In this document: in pieces, positions 53,801 through 64,000 of the stretch
How the letters are laid out: every line of letters begins with the position of its first letter
Position numbering within the stretch: the first letter of the stretch is position 1
Program-made: the position numbers and the translations under genes
The notes under the pieces: generated by a model
Database searches by the model: none
What the model was told of the DNA's origin: nothing
Seen by the model: the letters and a program-made list of their open reading frames with translations, nothing else
Assembly (NCBI GenBank): GCA_030141605.1
Contig: JAQGDQ010000971.1
Location: forward strand, 1 to 64,000
DNA from: Tubiluchus corallicola
Taxonomy: Eukaryota; Animalia; Priapulida
DNA: 64,000 bases
Reading direction: 5' to 3'

Positions 53801-54544
53801 ATGACCTTTTGGGAACCCTAGGCTAACGAAATTATGGGGGGCCCCCTTCAGACAGAGCCACCGTTCAATTTGCTCGCACTAGTCTCTAATATCTTTTACT
53901 TGTGATGTATTTTACAACACTTGTGTCGTCCAATATTTCAAATAAAAGGCCTCAAATAAGGGCCCTTTGTCTCAAACAGGGATCCTTTAAATCACATGAT
54001 GAACCACTAAAACGTGGATTTTCACTCTTACTGATCTCCCTTTTCAAAGTTAACATTTTATCTTAATTATATGAATTATTCAGCAATGAAAGCTTGGGCG
54101 CCCAAGCTTGAGGGTAATACTACTATTTAGGTAATACTACCCTATAGTTTTTAAAAATAAAGAATTATAATAAAAATAATAATGGATAATACAGTACACT
54201 AAATCGTTTTGCAACCCTCTTTCCTCTATTGGTCTAAGATTTAAAAAGTTTAAAATGACACACAAGTAAGGTTACATCTCTAACTATAGAGATTTAGTTT
54301 CATTTAAAAACAGCTGAAAATCATTTTGCTTTTTAGAAAACACAACTTCATAATTTTTATCTGGGTCACTAGACATGACTTCAGACACGCACCAATGTGA
54401 CCCATCAAAAAACAGTGAACCACGTGATCCGCGACACATGATCTATTCTATTATTAAAACAACACAACTTTTATTAAAAACTTTTATTTACAACTGTTTA
54501 AAAACATGTCCAGACGTTCCTACAGCAATCAGCCATCATCATCA

Positions 54545-54918
54545 GTATTATGGTGTGGGTGGTGTGGTGTGTGGGTGCTGCAGTGGTATGGTGTGGTGCA
54601 GTGTGGTGTGATGTGGTGGAGTATTATGGTGTGGGTGGTGTGGTGTGTGGGTGCTGCAGTGGTATGGTGTGGTGTAGTGTGGTGCTGTGCGGTGTGATGT
54701 GGTGGAGTATTATGGTGTGGGTGGTGTGGTGTGTGGGTGCTGCAGTGGTGCAGTGTGGTGTGATGTGGTGGAGTGGTATGGTGTGGGTGGTGTGGTGTGT
54801 AGGTGGTGTGGTGCGGTGCGGTGTGGTGTGGTGGTATTGTGTGGTGCGATGAGGTGGAGTGGTATGGTGTGGTGCAGTGTGGTGTGATGAGGTGGAGTGG
54901 TGTGGTGTGGGTTGTGTG
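54545..54918. repeat. GGTGT-rich minisatellite
   Basis: Direct reading. Confidence 0.92.
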
Positions 54919-54972
54919 TTGATTTGTGCACAAAATTCTTTTTGTGGGGTTTGGCTATTATTATTATTATTA

Positions 54973-55765
54973 TCTCTTATATTAATATTCTTGGTATATA
55001 TATATATATATAAGATTCGAGGCTACAGCCCGGACGAGGGCACCATTTGCGGCGATCTATATATCAAACGAAAGGTCTCGATCTAGTGTCGTGCCATTGA
55101 TGGTTTATTTTTCGAATCGGGCCCACCGGGAGGAACGGGGGGCGAAAAACCTCCAAAAATGGCCATTTTTCGGCCGTTTTTTGCAAAAGTTATACGACCG
55201 AGATGTAGAGAACGGGAACGGGCCGAGGGTGGTGCTGGGTATGGATAGATAGCCCGTTCAGCGGTGGGTGTAGTAGGCATATTTAGAATTCCCGAGAGGG
55301 CCACGGCGTCCCGTAACGGGCGTTTTCCCGGACCCAACTCGCGACTTTTTCGAAATTTTGACCAAACAGCCTGCGGGAAAAACGTTCTAGCGTCGCCCAG
55401 TGGGACTCTCGGAAGGAGATATATAGCTCTTTACAAAGAGGAAGGACAGGGCTACACGATGATGTAGGTTATATTTTAGGGCAGGTCCACCGAGAGGAGT
55501 ACCGGCGAGGTAATTAGAGGTTCCATTTTCGGCAATTTTCGCTTAGAAAACTGTTGACGCAAAGGCATTGTTGTGACGTCATCCATTGTATTCTGTCTAT
55601 AATCTTATAGCTTTAATTCAGCAAAAAGCTGCTACAGGCAAAGTAAACAAACAGTAGGCAGGATGTTACGGGCTTTGTGTTATAAATGAGTACTAGGTAG
55701 AATGTTCGCGTATTATTGATTACACGTGTATTTATACGCAAAATCTTTTGCGGGGCCTTTGCTAG
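54973..55765 (+). mobile_element. non-autonomous Helitron, copy 1
   Basis: 5' TC after A. 3' hairpin CGCAAAA-TC-TTTTGCG, then GGGCCTTTG-CTAG. Confidence 0.88.
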
Positions 55766-56551
55766 TCTTATATATTAATATTCTTGGTATATATATATAT
55801 ATATAAGATTCGAGGCTACAGCCCAGACGACGGCACCATTTGCGGCGATCTATATATCAAACGAAAGGTCTTGATCTAGTGTCGTCTCATTGGGGGTTTA
55901 TTTTTCGAATGGGGCCCACCGGGAGGAACGGGGGGCGAAAAACCTCCAAAAATGGCCATTTTTCGGTCGTTTTTTGCAAAAGTTATACGGCTGAGATGTA
56001 GAGAACGGGAACAGGCCGAGGGTGGTGTTGGGTATGGATAGATAGCCCTTTCAGCGGTGGGTGTCATAGGCCTATTTAGAGTTCCCGAGAGGGCCACGGG
56101 GTCCCGCAACGGGTTTTTCCCGGACCCGACTCGCGATTTTTTCGAAATTTTGATCAAACAGCCTGTGGAAAAAACGTTGTAGCGTCGCCTGGAGGGACTC
56201 TCGGAAGGAGATATGCAGCTCATCAGAAAGAGGATGAACGGGGCTATACGATGATGTGGGCTATATGTTAGGGCAAGTCCACTGAGAGGAGTACTGGCAA
56301 GTTAATTGGATGTTCTATTTTCGACAATTTTCGCTTAGAAAACTGCTGACGCAAAGCCATTGTAGTGACGTCATCCATTGTACCCTGCCTATAGCTTTAA
56401 TTCAGTAAAAGCTACAGGCTTTGCGTTAGTTAAGCAAACAGTAGGCAGGATGTTACGGGCTTTGCGTTATAAATGAGGACTATGTAGAATGTTCGCGTAT
56501 TATTGATTACACGTGGTTTTTTACGCAAAATCTTTTGCGGGGCCTTTGCTA

Positions 56552-56552
<1 letters not shown>
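55766..56552 (+). mobile_element. non-autonomous Helitron, copy 2 (head-to-tail with copy 1)
   Basis: Starts TCTTATAT directly after the CTAG of copy 1. Same hairpin and CTAG|T end. Confidence 0.88.
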
Positions 56553-56596
<44 letters not shown>

Positions 56597-57764
56597 GTTG
56601 TTGTTGTTGTTTTCTTGCGTATTGCGTTGACTATTAAACGCATGTGCGTTATTATGTCTGGGAAGTTTTTTTATTCATTGTAATGTATTGCATTGTTTAT
56701 GTAATGTTTTGTAACTTATAATTGTATTTCTATGGATTGTAAATCGTCAATAAATAAATAAACAATACGATAACACAGTAATTCTTACTAAAGAGATTTC
56801 TGCTGGCAGAAAGAGAAGACAGCCTCTTCCTAGCAAATGAACGGGGACACCGTGGAGACGACTCGACGCTGCAACTTTTCTATTTCGTCTCCACAGCAGG
56901 TGACGCCTGTAGTTTTCTGTTCCTTTACAAATCGAAATTAAATTAATGACGACAGGACAAAGTGGTCTGACCAGCTCTGCATTCAAGGCCACTCGCCTGG
57001 CCCGTACAGTAACAATGGCAGTCGTTAGAATGCAACAACAATTAGACTGTAGGAATGCAAAAGAACCTGGACGCTTAATGAATCGTACCTGTGTGACGGC
57101 AGAACGGTTTCCATTCGGTGGTGACAGGTGTCAGCTAAGACGAGATAACAAATTACATTTCCATTGGGCAGTGATTCTGGTTTGGCAGAAGAGTGTCAAA
57201 CGTGCGGGGCGAGTACACGAGTAATTACCGCCCCGGTGTTTTCACTTTGCTGTTTTGTTGACAACGCAAATTAAGGGTTTCCCCTGCACAACTGTGCAAT
57301 TACAAGCAATGAAAATGTTAAGTGTAATTGGGAGCAAGACCGGATGCGGAAGTGGACAAGCTCAACATCTTGTTGTTTTTACTTCGATTTGGACTTATAA
57401 ATAGGTGACACATTTAAGTGATGTAATATAATGCGGTCTTAGCAATACAGTTTCTAAGTATCACAGAACGTTGCCAGAACATTTATTGACATCTATGAGT
57501 AATTAAAGTGGATTAAAATAAATTTATTTCAAGGAGATAGAATCACGTGAGTAATCTGGTAAAGGTGGTACAGTGAACAAGCAATTATATACATGTGCAG
57601 GTATTTTTGTTAAAAAAAACTTAAATTAGAGGTATAAACGATATCATTTATTAGCTTGACATTATTCTACCCCCCACCCCCAGGTATTTGAAGCATTTGT
57701 AGTAACTGTGACCATTTTCAGGAAGCCACTAGACGAGGCCAGCTGCAAGTGCAGTTTCTAAGGT

Positions 57765-57791
57765 AATAACAACAGCAACAATAACAACAAT

Positions 57792-57827
<36 letters not shown>

Positions 57828-57890
57828 AATAATAATAATAATAACAACAACAACAACAACAATAATAATAATAATAATAACAATAATAAT
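57765..57890. repeat. (AAC/AAT)n microsatellite
   Basis: Direct reading. Confidence 0.92.
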
Positions 57891-58559
57891 CGTTATTTAA
57901 TGTCGGCTTTTTAAGACGAACATTTAACATAAACTCCAAATTAGCTTTTGGGGCGACTGTACCTATCAAAGTCATAATCAATCATCAGCCTCCAAACGAA
58001 GATATACGGGGCACAGAAGAGACAAGTGCTCTCCCTTTACCGTGTGCAAGACGCAGTTGCACGTTGCTACACGGGCTTGCTACACCTTTCAAAATCAGAG
58101 GTTTCATTTATCAAATTTATTGGAATTTTCACCGCATGTGATAGAGCAACGACTAAAACTCATATAGTTACAGGATATATGCTGTAGCAGTGTTAATTTA
58201 TATAATTTTTATATTCTTTTAATAGTTTTTGGGTAAAGTATTTCAACTCTGTTTTGGTTGTGATAATAAATAAACAAATAAAAAATGAACTTGCTTCTTG
58301 TTGCTAAGTTAAAAGATGAACATCTAGCGTTCACTTTGATACTGATTATTACGCTAATAAAGTTATTAAAAAGTTATTTGTCTGAAGTTACTCACATTAA
58401 GTTTTCTTTACAAGTAACAAGACATTAAATTTTGACTCTTTAGAGATTACGGACACAATTACAGAACGTTGTGGATTGTTCTGGCTGTTTAATAAGATCA
58501 GTTTAACAAACAAACAAAAGCATGACATAAACAACGAGGAATGTTACTAACGTGTAGAG

Positions 58560-58700
58560 TATGATTCCTTTGCATTAAATGTAGGCTTAAAAAGAAGATA
58601 ACTTTCAAGCATGTAAGACATTTCTAATCAGCAGTTAACGTGTAGGGTATTATGTGCATAAGCAGCAAGCTTAAAGAGTAGAGTGTCTGACAAATTATTG
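58560..58700 (-). mobile_element. degenerate CR1/L2-group reverse transcriptase fragment
   Basis: FLLCLNNLSDTLLFKLAAYAHNT (eroded YADDT), then MLESYL..FNAK. Confidence 0.65.
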
Positions 58701-59174
58701 AGGCATAGAAGAAACAAGTTAGGGGCTAATGCAGAACCCCGAGAAACATCCCGAATGATTGAAGAACAGAAGAAATAAGTTAGGGGCTAATGCAGAACCC
58801 TAAGGAACACCACAAATGATTGAAGAACAGAAGAAATAAGGTAGGGGCTGATACAGAACCCCGAGGAACACTACAAATTAATGAGGAACAGAAGAAACAA
58901 GTTAGGGGCTAATAGTGAACCCTAAGGAACATCACAAATGATTGAAGAACAGAAGAAATAAGGTAGGGGCTAATAGAGAATCCCGATGAACACTGCAAGT
59001 AATTGAGGAACAGAAGAAACAAGTTAGGGGCTAATAGAGAACCCTAAGGAACACCACGAATGATTGAAGAACAGAAGAAATAAGGTAGGGGCTAAAGTAC
59101 AGAACCCCGAGGAACACCACAAATCATTGAAGAACAGAAGAAATTTGGTAGGGGCTAATACAGAACCCCGAGGA
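58698..59174 (-). repeat. 61-bp minisatellite, 8 copies, derived from RT motif B'
   Basis: ggggct recurs at 58722, 58783, 58844 and onward. The unit encodes CGVP(R/*)GSVLAPTLFLLF(F/L)N. Confidence 0.92.
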
Positions 59175-59477
59175 TATGGTGCTTCGGTATTGTGCGACAA
59201 CAAAAAACAAATCCAAATAGCAATGCGATCAGGTACTTCAACGAGGCGTAATTTGTACAAGAGCTAAGATGTAGAAGTGATCAAAAGAGGAGAGTTTGCA
59301 AACTACGCTTTGTCATGAGCATTGAGGTCTCCAAAACGTAGTTGCTGAAGGATGACAACAAGAGACTTCATCAATGTTCAATGAGAGAAACTAACATTGG
59401 GCAAGACTGAGAAGATGGAGAGTGATACCGGAAAAAACTAAAATGTCACTAAAAACCAAAAACTAAATGAAAAAAAT

Positions 59478-59715
59478 CATCCCGTAGATTTTTACCTATC
59501 TGTCTGTCTGTCTGTCTGTCTATCTGCCTATCTGTCTGCCTGTCTACCTACCTACCTACCTACCTACCTACCTACCTACCTACCTACCTACCTACCTACC
59601 TACCTACCTACTTACTTACCTTCATCCCGTAGATTTTTACCTATCTGTCTGTCTGTCTGTCTGTCTATCTGCCTACTTGCCTGCCTGCCTACCTATCTAC
59701 CTATCTACCTACCTA
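59478..59715. repeat. duplicated (TGTC)n/(CCTA)n compound microsatellite
   Basis: catcccgtagatttttacctatctgtctgtc occurs twice. Confidence 0.9.
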
Positions 59716-60928
59716 CATGTTCACATAAATATGAGAGTATAAATATGAATCACTTATTTAAAAGTATTTAAAATTTATTGCATTATTTAACAATATGTAC
59801 AGCACTTTTTGTCTGTCAGAGACTTAAAACGAATTTTCTTATCGCATAATGAAGCAAAAATTATAAATAAGCTAATTAATTTATTTTTCTGAGCTATTAC
59901 TATGCGGTCGCTAATCACGGACGTCAAATGTTTCTAGATGTTTAATAAACCTAATAAACCGTTTTTCAGCGTTTTTGAAACATAAAATTTGTATAAAGCG
60001 AATAAAATAACGAATGTGTTTGAAACGAATTTGTAGCTGACAATTTTAAAAAGGTTGATTTTGTTAAAAATTGAGCAAAATTCTGCAACAAAAATATATA
60101 TTTTACTATTGGGTATGAAATTGAATAAAATGAACAATACAGGTTAGGCGCTAGATTCGACCAGCGTTTCCATTTGAGGTCGTTGCGCCATCTATGAGTA
60201 GATATGCAAGAAAACGTATCGATTTCCGTCAGCAAGAACATGACACTAATGACTTACATGCCGCAAATTAAATATCAAAAATTTACACATAGGTGAACAA
60301 GAAAGATATTGCCACTGCTTCCTGTTGTAAACTAAAACATTGACAAGACGCTATTGTATATTGATTGTTGGGAAAGTTCCCATTTAAAAGTAGAGAATAT
60401 AAGATGAATGTAAAAGGATCTTGATAACGATTCTAAAGAATCGTCATTGACTCGATGCGTTAATGGAAAAAGTAATATTTACATAGCAAATTGTTAGTGA
60501 TTTCAGTTCTAGCCAACGTGGTGGTAGCATTATACGTCTTTCTTTTGTCAGTATTCTTTCCGATATAATTTTATTTCGGTTTTAATACGACTAAATCATT
60601 CTGTAGAAATTTGGACAATTAAGAAAATCACTAGTAACATCTCGCAGTATCGTCTTTGGAAGGCAACATATTTACACCTCCCGTTTGCCGACAGAGGAGG
60701 CCTGCTCCGCCCATTCTTTTTAACTACGAGCCGACTTGACCAGTCCGAGCGTCCAGCAAGATGTTTATTACGCAAGGAAGAGGTCGTCTTGTAAGTCAGA
60801 ACAAGTGCCGCTTTGTAATCTGATATGATAGAGATAAGCCGAAACTTCAAACCAGACCGATGTGGAGGCTAGGTTGTCTTATGCAGATACTTAATTACGA
60901 TTACACGTGCCTAGGAGATGCTAGTTCT

Positions 60929-61303
<375 letters not shown>

Positions 61304-61530
61304 ATACTTAGTGCTGACATAGTGCTGATGGTGTGCCAAGAACCCTATCTATTAGTTGTCAAATTGGCAATTATGACCCTCTTCGGTTTCATTACCAATG
61401 AAGCCTATATCTGGAGTAACATGGCTTATGAAACTGCTCAGAAGCTGTAACTCATCCGTTTGCTGGTCAGGCTAAACGTTGCTTAACTTCGGTCGCTAAA
61501 CTAGCAGCCTGATACCTCAGCTATCTGAGA
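61304..61530 (-). mobile_element. 5S rRNA-derived SINE-like element or 5S pseudogene fragment
   Basis: Minus strand ACCGAAGTTAAGCAACGT (61493-61476)..GCCTG..AG....GGATGAGTTAC resembles the 5S A-box/IE/C-box region. Confidence 0.6.
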
Positions 61531-62280
61531 AACGTTAAAACGGGATTCAGTGTGGTGAATGGTGAATGTAAGATTAGATCAGCAGGTTTCCTACGAATTC
61601 ACAGTTCACGTCACCGCGAACAGCCTCACTACCCGCCCTCCGCTGTCACCGCTTCCGCTACCGCCACCGCCACCACTACCCACCGCCATTATAGCCCGTT
61701 CTAAACGCAGTACAGACGTTCAGCAGTCTTCCATTTAAAAAGCCACATTTCTTTAATTTTTTTATTGCTGTGCGCCATCTATTGTCGACTTTATGATTTA
61801 CTTTCTAAGTTTAGAAAGTCAATGTTTTCACACTAGTGTTCTGTTTGGGTTATAAAAAAAGCTTATCCTAAGAATAACAGATTAGTACAAATAAGCAAAA
61901 ATTAACAAAGAAAAATAAACAAGCAACATATCTTGCGAATGAGAAGTAAATAAACTGATAATTGTGTCCGGATTGGTTAAAAAATTCAAAATGTAAAAAA
62001 CAACATCCCTTAAAGTGACAACAAAGGTTAAAAATGGTCACATTTAATGAATTAATTTATTCAAACTGGAAGCAACCAGAGATATCTGACTAAACAAACA
62101 CTGTACTTGGTTATTTGCTTATAATATTAGAATTTATAATCAGTCATAAAAATGAACTCGTTTATCTGCTTCTTCATGGCAATCAACACTTAAATATAAC
62201 TGTTAGTATTCAAGTATTTAAACTCGTGCAGAAATTTATGTTTTCCTCTGAACGCCTTTAAGCATTGTCATTGTTTTCCA

Positions 62281-62760
62281 TAATAATGCTAGTTTCAACT
62301 TATGCTGTATGTATCTGTACTTCTGGTAGTCATACTGTAATTCTTTTTCGTAATAATACTAGTTTCAACTTATGCTGTATGTATCTGTACTTCTGGTAGT
62401 CATACTGTAATCGTTTTTCGAAATAATACTAGTTTCAACTTATGCTGTATTTATCCGTACTGCTGGTAGTCATACTGTAATTCATTTTTGTAATAATACT
62501 AGTTTCAACTTAAGCTGTATTTATCCGTACTGCTGGTAGTCATACTGTAATTCATTTTTGTAATAATACTAGTTTCAACTTATGCTGTATGCATCTGTAC
62601 TTCTGGTAGTCATACTGTAATCGTTTTTCGAAATAATACTAGTTTCAACTTATGCTGTATTTATCCGTACTGCTGGTAGTCATACTGTAATTCATTTTTG
62701 TAATAATACTAATTTCAACTTATGCTGTATTTATCCATACTTCTGGTAGTCATACTGTAA
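62281..62760. repeat. 70-bp minisatellite, 7 copies
   Basis: taataatactagtttcaacttatgctgtat...ctggtagtcatactgtaat recurs every 70 nt. Confidence 0.96.
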
Positions 62761-63131
62761 TGCTTCTACTGTTTGTTTATTGTCTGCACGAAGCAAGATG
62801 GTTTGTTAGCAATAAAACTGTCTTGTTGTAATTTTGCTATTATAATAAAACTAAATTAAACCAAGTCAAAATTTTTTGTTTCAGGCACTTAAAACATTTA
62901 TAGTTAAAACATCATAACTTTATTAAATAGTTATTTACATTTTTGTAAATATTTGTAGAAATTTACTACAGATGATGACAGCAGTAGCTCTGTTGAAAGG
63001 TTTGACACGATTTTAACTAACATACAACCAGTTTACACAGGCAACGCCAACAGTACAGAACATTATGCACTGATTATGTGTTTAACAGAAGCCAAGCAGG
63101 TAATGAATAAGCAAACCAGTAGAAAAGAAAT

Positions 63132-63326
63132 TCTCCTCAATCCAGCATTAATGACCATATTTCTGCCTCTGACCATGAAGCTGATTTTAATAACTTCAGC
63201 ATTGTGACCAGAGCTACAAAAAACTGGGACTTATTAATAAAAGAAAGTTCATCTATGTACATTAATAAGCCTTCTCTTAATGTGCAAAGCAGTTCAATTC
63301 CTTTAACTTTATTCTCAAACACTTAG
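63132..63326 (+). pseudogene. Penelope GIY-YIG endonuclease C-terminal fragment
   Basis: SPQSSINDHISASDHEADFNNFSIVTRATKNWDLLIKESSSMYINKPSLNVQSSSIPLTLFSNT* fits the S-I-H..H..F.I..L.I.ES..P.LN pattern. Not in the ORF track, which shows only the antisense frame. Confidence 0.85.
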
Positions 63327-63552
63327 CTATTTGTTACTGTATCAATTTCTTTTCTACTGGTCTGCTTAATCTTTGCCTGTTTGGCTTTTGTAAATACACA
63401 ATTAGTGCTTAAGTTACTGTATCAATTTCTTCTCTACTGTTTTGCTTATCCATTACCTATTTGGCTTCTGTTTAATACATAATTAGTGCATAATGTTCTA
63501 TACTGTAGACTCTGCCTATATAAACTGCTTGTATGTTTGTAAAAATTTACCA

Positions 63553-63587
63553 CTGATGATGACAGCAGTAGCTCTGTCGAAACGTTT
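63553..63587 (+). ncRNA. hammerhead ribozyme-like motif (best-preserved copy)
   Basis: CTGATGA-T-GACAG-cagtagct-CTGTC-GAAAC-GTTT, with palindromic AAACGTTT at helix III. Confidence 0.62.
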
Positions 63588-64000
63588 GACACGATTTTTT
63601 AACTATATAAATTAAAAGTTTTAATAAAGTTGTGGTTTCTAACTATAAATTAAACTAATTTAACTATAATAGACAGGAAGTTACGCAGGAAGTAACTCCG
63701 TCTGCAACTAAGCTTAAAATAAAACCTTATATTATAGCAGCTATCATGGAAACGAGGACGCTATTCAGTCATATACGTCTCCCCGTCGTTTCCAGCATCT
63801 GATTAGCCTATGACAAGCGCATTTCGGAAAAAGTTTGATTGAACTGTTGTTTCTATTCAAACTTATTGGCATTCATTTCCGCAACTCTGCATGAGATAAC
63901 GTGTTCCATTGTTTCTATTTTTGAATATGTTTTGATCGATTGTGAAACGACCATTGTTCATGCTGAAGTGTTCGATCGGGAAATGCCACATAATTAGATG

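Larger units (their letters stand above)
62878..63651 (+). mobile_element. 5'-truncated Penelope-like element with inverted 5' pLTR segment
   Basis: Inverted arm at 62878-63132, then the endonuclease C-terminus, a 3' region with subrepeats, and a hammerhead core. Confidence 0.88.

Noticed and set aside
59478-59497. catcccgtagattt as miR-10 family
   Set aside because: Only a short resemblance, no hairpin, and it is part of a duplicated microsatellite flank.
63137-63322. Minus-strand 61-aa ORF
   Set aside because: Antisense shadow of the plus-strand Penelope endonuclease fragment.

Overview
AT-rich animal genomic DNA, very rich in repeats and probably spiralian (inferred from the short vertebrate-like N-terminus and KYKRQ homeodomain end). 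It holds one intact protein-coding gene: a minus-strand Hox2/proboscipedia orthologue with two coding exons (32500-32824 and 9788-10725). They join in phase 1 across a 21.8-kb GT-AG intron to give about 420 aa, with the GFINSQPS N-terminal motif, a YPWM hexapeptide and a PG2 homeodomain. I saw no Hox1, Hox3, miR-10 or miR-993 sequence. The rest is non-coding DNA, microsatellites, minisatellites and transposon remnants: seven Kolobok-like TTAA MITEs, hAT, Tc1/pogo and piggyBac MITEs, a tandem Helitron pair, RTE, RTEX and CR1/L2 LINE ends, Penelope remnants with hammerhead-ribozyme cores, and a 5S-derived SINE-like piece. The best leads are: (1) a double Hox1/Pbx site inside Hox2 coding exon 1, apparently where vertebrate Hoxa2 has its exonic enhancer; (2) hammerhead-bearing Penelope inverted structures, one inside the Hox2 intron; (3) a minisatellite built from a reverse-transcriptase motif; (4) a likely distant non-coding 5' exon; (5) an excess of CTCF-like cores. 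Coordinates were read by eye. Comparisons with other species are from memory and need a database check. Most ORFs in the supplied track are microsatellite or antisense artefacts.
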